This document shows positions 55,713 to 64,000 of a stretch of DNA of 64,000 nt, piece by piece. The stretch is from NCBI GenBank assembly GCA_964481125.1, contig CAYZSL010000002.1, forward strand, positions 24,597 to 88,596, given 5' to 3'. The DNA is from an uncultured Candidatus Saccharibacteria bacterium. Its GTDB lineage: Bacteria; Patescibacteriota; Minisyncoccia; Minisyncoccales; RBG-13-42-11. Position 1 is the first letter of the stretch, and each line of letters starts with the position of its first letter. The translations under genes were made by a program, and so were the position numbers. The notes under the pieces are model-generated. The model did not search any database. It was given only the letters and a program-made list of their open reading frames with translations, and was not told where the DNA came from.

Positions 55713-56972
55713 TTATTTCTTCATCCTGTTTAAACGTTCAAACTCTTCCCTGACTATCTGCCTGTCGTCCCAGGCTATCTTCTCGCCTTTGGCCACGCAC
55801 ATCCACGGTTCGCAGCCTTTGCCGGTAATTACTACTGTATCACCTTCTTTAGCTAATTTCAAAGATTTCTTAATAGCTTCCCTACGATCTAAAATCTTGA
55901 AAACTTTTGATTTCTGCTTTTTGGATTTTGAACCGGCAATCCCGGAAAAAACTTCCTCCAATATTTTCTTCGGATCTTCATCATAAGGGTCCTCATCAGC
56001 CAGAATAATTTCGTCGCAGTACTTGGCAGCAATTTCCCCCATTTTCGGCCTCTTCCATTTATCCCTGCCTCCGCCAGCCGAACCAAGCAAACAGATTAAT
56101 CTTTTTCCTTTAAATGACTGGTAAACTTTTTCCAAAGCATCTGGAGTATGGGCATAGTCAACAATCACTTTAAAGGGCTCGTTAATAACAATTTCCATCC
56201 TGCCTGCCATCTTTTCAATCTTTTCCAAAGTTGATTTGCAGGAGGGCAAATTGATTCCTTCTGACAACCCCACGCAAATTGCTGCCAAAGCATTATAAAC
56301 ATTAAATCCTCCCAATAATTTCAAATTAATACCAACGTCTTTAATTTCTTTTAAAGTCTTTGATTTTTTATCGATAAGCCTTATCTCCTGCTTTTTGTTT
56401 TTAATCCCATAAAGATATTTTTGTTCAGCAGGAAACTGTAGAAAATAATCTGCATTTTCATCATCCGAATTAATAATATGTATTTTTTTAACGGCTTTAA
56501 AGAGCTGCCCCTTGGCTTTTCGATAATTCTCAAAGCTGCCGTGCCTTTCAATATGCTCTGGCGCCAAATTAGTAAAAATCGCTGTCTTAAAATCAATAAA
56601 CTTATGGCGATGCTGTAGAATTCCTTCTGAGGTTACTTCCAATATCGCGTATTTACAGCCCTCATCCAACGCCTCTCTTAAAAACTTCTGGATCTGAAAA
56701 CGACCAGGCATTGTCATTTTCAGCATATTGGGCCTTTCATGGATGTTTATCTTAAACCTTATAGAAGAAAGGGAAGCGGTTTTATAGCCTGATTCCTGGA
56801 AAATACGATGGCAGAAATCAACGACCGTTGATTTACCTTTAGTGCCAGTAACCCCGATAATCGTCATCTTTTTACCAGGAAATCGGTATAAAAAAGCACC
56901 CAAAAACGCAAGTATAAAATGATACCAGTCAATTAAAAAAGAAGGTGTAATTTTTTTGATCAATTCCTTCAT
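55713..56972 (-). CDS. murE: UDP-MurNAc-tripeptide synthetase
   Basis: GVTGTKGKST, EVTSEG, GRME, VDYAHTPDAL, GGGRD.KR, ITGKG.E; start set at MKELIKK. Confidence 0.92.
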   Translation of the reverse strand: MKELIKKITPSFLIDWYHFILAFLGAFLYRFPGKKMTIIGVTGTKGKSTVVDFCHRIFQESGYKTASLSSIRFKINIHERPNMLKMTMPGRFQIQKFLREALDEGCKYAILEVTSEGILQHRHKFIDFKTAIFTNLAPEHIERHGSFENYRKAKGQLFKAVKKIHIINSDDENADYFLQFPAEQKYLYGIKNKKQEIRLIDKKSKTLKEIKDVGINLKLLGGFNVYNALAAICVGLSEGINLPSCKSTLEKIEKMAGRMEIVINEPFKVIVDYAHTPDALEKVYQSFKGKRLICLLGSAGGGRDKWKRPKMGEIAAKYCDEIILADEDPYDEDPKKILEEVFSGIAGSKSKKQKSKVFKILDRREAIKKSLKLAKEGDTVVITGKGCEPWMCVAKGEKIAWDDRQIVREEFERLNRMKK

Positions 56973-57017
56973 AGTTCTCTTCTCTTCATATTCTAGACAA
57001 ATTATCTCCAAAATAAA

Positions 57018-57046
57018 AGAGGGTGAGAATTGCTCCTCACCCTCTA
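57018..57046 (-). terminator. Intrinsic terminator
   Basis: agagggtgag...ctcaccctct next to an A-tract. Confidence 0.6.
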
Positions 57047-57088
57047 TGAAAAAGCCCAACTACCGGAGGGAAAACCTTGTTAGGCATT

Positions 57089-57520
57089 TTATGAAGCCGG
57101 CTTGGCCTCAATGTGCCTTAATGGCTGGTTGACTTCATGCGCGCGGTGAGACGTAGCGACCTCTTCTTGGTCAGTGCCATCGAAGACATCAAATTTGTCC
57201 CTTATATGCCTAAAGAATGGCACCAATGGCGCTAAGAAAGCTGTCAGCAGAGCTAACACAGTAAGGAATATGAGAAATGCCGCAAAAAACGCTCCGAATG
57301 TGTTAACCAGACTGGGTAATGCTGGTTCCAGGATCCCGCCGTTGTATATTGGAGAAAGAACATCGCCACTAGGGCTGCTCAGCATGGCCGGCATTACGAC
57401 TGTTGCCTTACCAACGTCGATTGAGCTGTCAGCCTTAGCAGGTGTCGGTGTCAGGAGGACGGAGCAAGCTACTAGCAAAACTGCCAGTACCCCGAATATA
57501 GTCGGAAATCTTTCTCTCAT
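57089..57520 (-). CDS. Hypothetical membrane protein with signal peptide
   Basis: SD GGGAGG, signal peptide ending PAKA, second hydrophobic helix; upstream TTGACA-N17-TAAAAT. Confidence 0.65.
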   Translation of the reverse strand: MRERFPTIFGVLAVLLVACSVLLTPTPAKADSSIDVGKATVVMPAMLSSPSGDVLSPIYNGGILEPALPSLVNTFGAFFAAFLIFLTVLALLTAFLAPLVPFFRHIRDKFDVFDGTDQEEVATSHRAHEVNQPLRHIEAKPAS

Positions 57521-57662
57521 TATGCCTCCCTTAACTTTGATAACGTTCCTCCGGTAAAATTAGGCGTTTCCACCTAAGATTAGGTTATTTTATATGGTCC
57601 CAAAATGCCTGTCAATGTGAATAACTTGAAAACAAATTAAATTTGAGATAAAAAGAATAGAC

Positions 57663-59600
57663 ATGTTCAAAATTGTCTCAAAATTCAAACCGACCGGCGA
57701 CCAACCGGAAGCGATAAAGAAACTGGTTAAAAACTTAAAAACTGGCATAAAACACCAGGTGCTTTTGGGCGTTACCGGCTCTGGTAAAACCTTTACCATG
57801 GCAAAAGCAATTGAAAAGATCCAGAAGCCGGTATTAATCATTTCTCACAACAAAACATTGGCTGCCCAACTATATCAAGAATTCAAAGAATTCTTTCCGA
57901 AAAACGCTGTCCATTACTTTGTTTCGTATTACGACTATTACCAGCCAGAAGCCTATATCCCTCAAACAGATACATATATTGAAAAAGACGCCAAAATTAA
58001 CGAAGAGATAGACAGACTAAGACATGCGGCCGTCCAAGATCTGTTATCAAGAAAAGACATCATTATTATTGCTTCGGTCTCCTGTATTTACAACATCGGT
58101 TCACCAGAAGACTACCAGCAGGTTTCCTTAGAAATAAAAACAGGCCAAAAATTAAAAAGAAAAGATTTGCTTTCCTGTTTAACCTCTCTCCAATATCAAA
58201 GGAATGATATTGATTTTAAACCTGGCACTTTCAGAATCAGAGGCAGCATAATCGAAATCTATTCTGTAACCGGAGAAGAAATAATACAAATTGAGCTTTC
58301 GGGCGACAGAATCGAAAGTATAAAAAGCAAGAACAGCATTATTGATTCTAAATACAAAAACATTAATTCTTTCAAACTATTTCCTGCTCACTTTTGGGTT
58401 ACTCCTCAAGAAAAGCTGAATATCGCCATTGAGAATATAAGATTGGAACTGCAAGAACAATTGAAAAAACTGAAAAAACAGAAAAAATTAGTTGAATGGC
58501 AAAAGCTAAACCAAAGAACGAATTATGATTTGGAAATGATGAAAGAAACCGGCTTTTGCCACGGCATTGAAAACTATTCCAGGCATTTGGAGTTCAGAAA
58601 ACCAGGGTCCCCTCCTTACGCCTTAATTAATTATTTCCCGAAAGACTTCTTGGTTTTTATCGACGAATCCCACATAACTATCTCGCAGTTAAAAGCCATG
58701 TCTGTCCAAGATAAAATAAGAAAAAAAACATTGATTGATTACGGATTCAGACTGCCTTCGGCCATCGATAATCGTCCGTTAAAATTCGATGAATTCGAAA
58801 AAAGCATTAACCGGACAATCTATGTTTCAGCTACGCCAGGAGAATATGAGAATTTAAAGATAAAGAACGACAAATCAAAACTGCTGGTTGAACAGCTGGT
58901 CAGGCCGACAGGACTATTAGAACCCTCAATTGAAATAAAACCGACCAAAAATCAAGTAAAAGACTTAATCAAAGAAATAAAACAAAGAATAGCAAAAAAA
59001 CAAAGAGTTTTGGTTTTAACCTTAACGAAAAGACTGGCTGAAGCTGTTTCCGATTACTTGACTGAAGAAGGAATTAAATCTAAATGGCTCCATTCGGAAA
59101 TCAAAACCATGGAAAGGCCTCAGATTCTTAAAAGCCTTAGAGAGGGGAAATATGACGTTCTGGTCGGCATCAATCTTTTAAGAGAAGGATTGGATTTACC
59201 GGAAGTCTCCTTAATCGCCATTTTAGACGCTGACAAAGAAGGCTTTTTAAGGTCAGAAACCACGTTAATCCAGACAATGGGAAGGGCTAGCCGCCATACT
59301 GAGGGCCATGTCATTCTTTACGCTGATAAAATTACCGGCTCTATGGCCAGAGCCATTAAAGAAATCGAAAGAAGGAGAAAAATCCAAGAAAAATACAATA
59401 AAAAGAACAAAATAATCCCAAAAGCCATTGTTAAAGCGATCAGAGACTGGCCATTTAACAAAAAGGAGGAAGTATCTACAGAATTTTGGCCGATTAGAGA
59501 CATAAAACTACTGGAAAAAGAAATGAAAACAGCTGCCAATAACTTAGATTTTGAAAAAGCAGCTGAAATTAGAGATTTAATCAAAAAACTCAAGAAATGA
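57663..59600 (+). CDS. uvrB: Excinuclease ABC subunit B
   Basis: GVTGSGKT, HNKTLAAQL, YYDYYQPEAY, DESH, GINLLREGLDLPEV. Confidence 0.98.
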   Translation: MFKIVSKFKPTGDQPEAIKKLVKNLKTGIKHQVLLGVTGSGKTFTMAKAIEKIQKPVLIISHNKTLAAQLYQEFKEFFPKNAVHYFVSYYDYYQPEAYIPQTDTYIEKDAKINEEIDRLRHAAVQDLLSRKDIIIIASVSCIYNIGSPEDYQQVSLEIKTGQKLKRKDLLSCLTSLQYQRNDIDFKPGTFRIRGSIIEIYSVTGEEIIQIELSGDRIESIKSKNSIIDSKYKNINSFKLFPAHFWVTPQEKLNIAIENIRLELQEQLKKLKKQKKLVEWQKLNQRTNYDLEMMKETGFCHGIENYSRHLEFRKPGSPPYALINYFPKDFLVFIDESHITISQLKAMSVQDKIRKKTLIDYGFRLPSAIDNRPLKFDEFEKSINRTIYVSATPGEYENLKIKNDKSKLLVEQLVRPTGLLEPSIEIKPTKNQVKDLIKEIKQRIAKKQRVLVLTLTKRLAEAVSDYLTEEGIKSKWLHSEIKTMERPQILKSLREGKYDVLVGINLLREGLDLPEVSLIAILDADKEGFLRSETTLIQTMGRASRHTEGHVILYADKITGSMARAIKEIERRRKIQEKYNKKNKIIPKAIVKAIRDWPFNKKEEVSTEFWPIRDIKLLEKEMKTAANNLDFEKAAEIRDLIKKLKK

Positions 59601-59625
59601 AAATCCCCCACTAAAGGGGGAGTTT
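59601..59625. terminator. Bidirectional terminator
   Basis: tccccc-actaaa-ggggga between convergent genes. Confidence 0.6.
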
Positions 59626-59634
59626 CAGTTAAGA

Positions 59635-61575
59635 TTATAATTTTTTATTCATAAAGTCTTTGAACCTCTGCCAGAAAGATTTGGGTTTTTTCTCTGGAGT
59701 TTCTTGCATGGCTTTCCACGCTTCTGCCATTCCACTTGGTACATGAATTTTTTCCCACGCTTCTTTATTTGCTTCTTCTGTTATTTCTTGTGCTTCTGAA
59801 TCCAAGGGAAAGGCTTCTTTCCATTTTTTAAGCTTTTCTTCTTCGGGCGATAGTTCAGCTTCAAGTTGGCTTTCTGTTCCGCCCAGTTTCTTTTTTAACT
59901 GCTCTTTTAAAAACCTAAAAAATGGAGTTTCAACGGAAAATCCCGATTGGGTTGGAAACTCTTTTTTATCTTTCTTTTTGTCGGTCAATTCACCATTTTC
60001 AGCCACAAACTTTCCCGTAGCGTTATCTATAAGCCAAGCTTTAGTGTGTAAATAATTATATTCTACTTTCCAGCCAAGCTTTCTTAAATAAGCGTCTTTG
60101 AGTACTTCGTAGTTGGGCTTTTCTCCGACAACATTTTTAATGCTTTCTTCAAATTCTTCAAACTGGCTTTTGGGCTTATCCTTCATGGCCCCTTTCAATG
60201 CTTCAAACTCGTCTCTTATCTTCTTCAAATCACTTAATCTTTGTGTCTTTTCCTCTTCAATATTAGAAGTTGGTATTTTGCCTTTCTTTTCGGCTTCCAA
60301 CAATGATCTTACTTCATTTTCCCATCTTGTAGGCATTTTTCTACGCATATTATCAATCTGTTCCTTTGTTACTCCTCTACTTGTATATTTTTCAATCATC
60401 ATGGCTTCGATTCTCTTGCGGTCTTCTTCGGCCACAGAATCTTTTTTAAATCCTTCAAATGAGGTTTCTTTTGCCCTACCCTTCCTTTTTCTTTCAACTT
60501 TCCCAGGCGCTTCTTTTTTTAGCATCTCAGCTTTTTGTCGTTTATCTTCCATCACCTTTATTGCAGCTCTTTCCATGTCAATCTTTGTTTGACGCTTCTC
60601 TACTTCTGATTTATTACCAATAGATGATGCTTTATCACGTAATCTTTCCCAGGCGTCAATATTTTTATTGGCCCTTTCTATCCTAATGTTATAAAAGTCA
60701 ATATCTTCTATGTCTGGAGGGTTTAACTCAACTTTTGGCTCAACCTTCTCGTCGGTGGAAGCATTTTCTGGTTTTGGAGGTTCTTTTGGTTCGCTTTCTA
60801 TATTATTATTTTTCATATTTTTATTTTTTTGATTATTTTTATTATCAATTGCCTCAAATTTTTTCCAGGCTTCCATAACGCTCATTTTATCAATATCTTC
60901 TTGAGGTATGTTATTTTTTAATAGAATGTTAAGTAATCTCCCATCCTTTACCGAGGGTTTTGCACCCCAATTATTAATTTTATCTATTTGCTTTCTTACC
61001 CATTCAAGCCCTTCTTCGCCCATCATATTTTCTATGTTTTTAATTGTCTTCTGAAGACTTTCTACTCTTGCCTCAGCTCTTTTCTTGAATTTACTGGGTG
61101 TGTCTTTAGAAGATATTATTTCATGCAAACGCTTAATTGCTTTTTTATTTAAATAATCAATTTTCTGTTCATTGGGTAATTCTACAATTCCATCTATCCA
61201 ATATTTAGTTGTAACTTCTTTAGGATCAAAGGCGACTATAGCTTTTTTCTCTTTAATTTTGTCTTTTCGTTTATCAGTAGAAAAATCATTCTTCTTTTCA
61301 GATTTTTCAATAGAATTAGATTCACCGATAGAACTTTTTTCCATGTAGCCATTATTTTCGTATTCTACTTTTTCTTCAAGCGGAACAATAATTTCCATTC
61401 CGTCTTTTTCCATCACTATTTTCTCGCCTTTTGACTCAGCTGATTCTCCTTGATCCCCTAAGGGAAATCCACTAGATAATTCGTCATCTGGTATTATTCT
61501 TTTGCCTTCTTTTTTTTTGCTTCCAATTGGATCTCCGTCTCTTGGTTCTTTCCAATTTCCGTGTCGTTCTCCCAT
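59635..61575 (-). CDS. Large Lys/Glu-rich hypothetical protein
   Basis: 646-aa ORF, highly charged, no recognisable motif. Confidence 0.75.
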   Translation of the reverse strand: MGERHGNWKEPRDGDPIGSKKKEGKRIIPDDELSSGFPLGDQGESAESKGEKIVMEKDGMEIIVPLEEKVEYENNGYMEKSSIGESNSIEKSEKKNDFSTDKRKDKIKEKKAIVAFDPKEVTTKYWIDGIVELPNEQKIDYLNKKAIKRLHEIISSKDTPSKFKKRAEARVESLQKTIKNIENMMGEEGLEWVRKQIDKINNWGAKPSVKDGRLLNILLKNNIPQEDIDKMSVMEAWKKFEAIDNKNNQKNKNMKNNNIESEPKEPPKPENASTDEKVEPKVELNPPDIEDIDFYNIRIERANKNIDAWERLRDKASSIGNKSEVEKRQTKIDMERAAIKVMEDKRQKAEMLKKEAPGKVERKRKGRAKETSFEGFKKDSVAEEDRKRIEAMMIEKYTSRGVTKEQIDNMRRKMPTRWENEVRSLLEAEKKGKIPTSNIEEEKTQRLSDLKKIRDEFEALKGAMKDKPKSQFEEFEESIKNVVGEKPNYEVLKDAYLRKLGWKVEYNYLHTKAWLIDNATGKFVAENGELTDKKKDKKEFPTQSGFSVETPFFRFLKEQLKKKLGGTESQLEAELSPEEEKLKKWKEAFPLDSEAQEITEEANKEAWEKIHVPSGMAEAWKAMQETPEKKPKSFWQRFKDFMNKKL

Positions 61576-61638
61576 ACTTGTTAAAAATTAAGGTTATTAA
61601 TTTCTTTTATTGTATAACAAAAATGTGCTTTTGTCAAC

Positions 61639-64000
61639 TTAGAAATATCCTTTCTGCATTCTCTTTAAAAGTTCATTTTCTACCACAGATAAATCTCTTC
61701 CATATTTTACTCGGGATAACTCTTTTATCAATTCTGCCACTTTCTCATTCGCTTGGCTTGGAGGAAAAGTGACGATATTGAAAGGATTGGAAGTTTCTCC
61801 GTTAATTAATAGCCTAATAGCGGCATTACGGTTATCAATATTAACCAGATCATTCTCATCAAAAACCGGCTCAAACTGGGTGACTAAGTATTTGGCGTCT
61901 TCCGGCCCCACCCTGAAGCAGACAATGGAGCCGACATTGCCGAAAATCGCTTTTCTAGTGTCCTCGTCAATCTGGCCGATAAACTGATGGGCCAAAACCA
62001 TGGCCAGCTTGTATTTTCTTGCTTCAGCCAAAGCAGAAGCAATGCTGCCGGTAGTGACGTTGTGAAACTCGTCTATATACAGATAAAAAGGCTTTCTCTT
62101 CTCTTCTTTCAAGTCAGCTCTGGACATGGCGGCAATAAGTATTTTGCCGACGATAATCATACCCAATAAGTACGAATTAAGGTCTCCTAATTTTCCTTTG
62201 GAAAGATTAACTATCAGAATCTTGCCCTGGTCCATAATTTCTCTGAAGTTTATTGATGATTGCTGCTGGGAAATAATAGGACGAACAAGGTCATTGGCCG
62301 TAAAAACGTTCATTTTACTGGTAATGTAGGGCACCATATTCGCCAAGGCTGCCTCGCCCCCTGCTTTTTCCGCCTCCTGCTCCCAGAAATTCTTAACCAC
62401 TATGTTCTTACAGCGGGACAGTTTGTACTTTCTGAAGTTGGTATCCGCCAAAACCCTTGGCACCTCGATTAAAGTGGTGCCTGAATCCGGATCTTCCATA
62501 ACCAATAAAAGAGCATTTCTCATATACTGCTCGAATATAGGACCGCCGAATCCCTGGGCTTTCATATTATATAACTTTTCAAAAATCTCCAGAATTTCAT
62601 TAACGACGAACGTTTTTGATTCCGGGTAATTCCGGTCGTATTCAAGTATGTTAAGACCGAGAGGCTTGGCAACATCTCCCGGATTGAAATAAATTACGTC
62701 TTCTGCCCTGGAAGCAGGAATCAGTCCCAAAACGCGCTCAGCCAAATCACCATGAGGGTCAATCAAAGCTACTCCCTGGCCGCTTTCAATATCCTGTCTA
62801 AGCATTTCCTGAATTAATACGGACTTACCCGTACCTGTCTGACCGACAATGTAAAAATGCCTTTGCCTGTCTTCGTCTGTGGTCCTTACTATTCTTTCCT
62901 CTGCCCGGAAAGCGCTCTTCCCGATATTTATTCCTTGCTCTGGAAGGTTGACCGGAGGCGCCACCTGCTTCATTTTAATCCATTTGATATTCGGGGTATG
63001 AAGGCTGGAAGCAGGCAAATGAAAAATCGTCGCCAATTCTCCAGAAGAAAAAACCATGGCTTCGCTCTCATTGAAAAGCCTGAAAGAAAATTTATAAAAA
63101 AGCTTTTTTAATTCTCTTTTAGCTGCGTGCTTGAATTTAAACTGATTTAAAAGAGGGGCGTTGAATTGTTCAAAAGAACTTTCTATTTCTCCGAGCATGC
63201 TTTTGGCCCTTATCTCGTTTTCGGCTGACACTAATATCCTTAAATTGACGTCGAATAAAGATTGGGAAGCTTTTGTGGAAATTGAAGCAATGGCTTCCTG
63301 CTGGGCCGGACCTATTTCTGTTCTATTAAAAGCGTCTTCCGGTTTTTTATCGTTTTTCGGAAAAAAAGTTTTACCCATGTCAGCGAAAAACCCAGATTTT
63401 TTAGCCTCAGACATAGCTGTATCGAAGTTTTTTCCTGATTGCAAAGCTTGTACCGCTTCAAAAGCCACCTTTTTAATTGATTTTTTACTCGACCTGAAAA
63501 GAATCTGAACAGCTGCTCCTTCCCCTTCTTTCTTTAATTTGGTAAGGGTGCTGGTTATCGAAGACAAAGGATCAACCTGAAAGTCTTTGTAGCTTTTAAT
63601 CGGCAAAATGGCTAAACTGCTCAAAGAAGCTTTGCTGCCGACAGAAGCGCCCTCCGGATTAAAAATATTGTAATCTTCAATCGACTGGACCTGGGCTTTC
63701 GGCCAAAAACCGAGAATCTGCTTTTCCATTATTTGGGAAAACTTGCGCGGGCAGGCAACATAAAAGAATATTTCTTCTTTGGCGTGATGAACGGCAATTT
63801 CAAAAACGAAATATGGATTGCCGAACAAAAAACGGGAGAATGCATTTTCCTCCCGAATGCCTGCCAAAGACGAAAAAAACTGTTCGCCGAGTTTCAAATA
63901 ATCCTGTAGGGGCATTTCTTTTTCTTTATCTACCTTCCCTTCATGGGGCAGAGTAATCATAAATAAAGAAAGATTCATACCCTGGTTAAGGAAAAATCTT
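61639..64000 (-). CDS. VirD4/TraD/HerA-like P-loop ATPase (5' end beyond the window)
   Basis: DRQRHFYIVGQTGTGKS Walker A, IDPHGDL, LYIDEFHN, EARKY.L...AHQ; frame stays open to the window edge. Confidence 0.9.
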   Translation of the reverse strand, partial: RFFLNQGMNLSLFMITLPHEGKVDKEKEMPLQDYLKLGEQFFSSLAGIREENAFSRFLFGNPYFVFEIAVHHAKEEIFFYVACPRKFSQIMEKQILGFWPKAQVQSIEDYNIFNPEGASVGSKASLSSLAILPIKSYKDFQVDPLSSITSTLTKLKKEGEGAAVQILFRSSKKSIKKVAFEAVQALQSGKNFDTAMSEAKKSGFFADMGKTFFPKNDKKPEDAFNRTEIGPAQQEAIASISTKASQSLFDVNLRILVSAENEIRAKSMLGEIESSFEQFNAPLLNQFKFKHAAKRELKKLFYKFSFRLFNESEAMVFSSGELATIFHLPASSLHTPNIKWIKMKQVAPPVNLPEQGINIGKSAFRAEERIVRTTDEDRQRHFYIVGQTGTGKSVLIQEMLRQDIESGQGVALIDPHGDLAERVLGLIPASRAEDVIYFNPGDVAKPLGLNILEYDRNYPESKTFVVNEILEIFEKLYNMKAQGFGGPIFEQYMRNALLLVMEDPDSGTTLIEVPRVLADTNFRKYKLSRCKNIVVKNFWEQEAEKAGGEAALANMVPYITSKMNVFTANDLVRPIISQQQSSINFREIMDQGKILIVNLSKGKLGDLNSYLLGMIIVGKILIAAMSRADLKEEKRKPFYLYIDEFHNVTTGSIASALAEARKYKLAMVLAHQFIGQIDEDTRKAIFGNVGSIVCFRVGPEDAKYLVTQFEPVFDENDLVNIDNRNAAIRLLINGETSNPFNIVTFPPSQANEKVAELIKELSRVKYGRDLSVVENELLKRMQKGYF

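Noticed and set aside
61639-64000. VirD4/TraD-like ATPase as evidence of a conjugative element
   Set aside because: No relaxase or other T4SS genes in the window; such ATPases are common chromosomal genes in CPR.
1-64000. Alternative genetic code (UGA read as Gly)
   Set aside because: Conserved genes (pth, topA, smpB, uvrB) end at TGA at their expected lengths.

Overview
AT-rich window from a reduced bacterial genome. Gene content and style (alpha2-type GlyRS, IleRS2, MurE with a DEDPYDE motif, VirD4/TraD-like ATPase, PsbP-like surface proteins, core genes mostly without Shine-Dalgarno sites) suggest Patescibacteria/CPR, probably Parcubacteria; this is inference. Most of the window is housekeeping: six aminoacyl-tRNA synthetases (hisS, leuS, metG, glyQS, ileS, argS), topA, pth, lepB, UDP-GlcNAc/peptidoglycan genes, smpB-tmRNA-infC-rpmI-rplT, recO, polX, uvrB, greA and two tRNAs. 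Five things stand out. (1) A ~390-nt structured RNA before smpB/ssrA that joins a tRNA-like T-arm to a close copy of the 23S rRNA L1 stalk. (2) A 5.6-kb accessory array of cargo cassettes separated by repeated 'DDVRT'-coding, tRNA-3'-like sites, with no recombinase in the window. (3) A head-to-head Elp3 plus Trm9/ALKBH8-like pair, suggesting a eukaryote/archaea-type mcm5U34 pathway. (4) A probable leader-peptide attenuator before greA. (5) Three more unannotated structured RNA candidates. All calls come from reading the sequence by eye; no database searches or folding programs were run.
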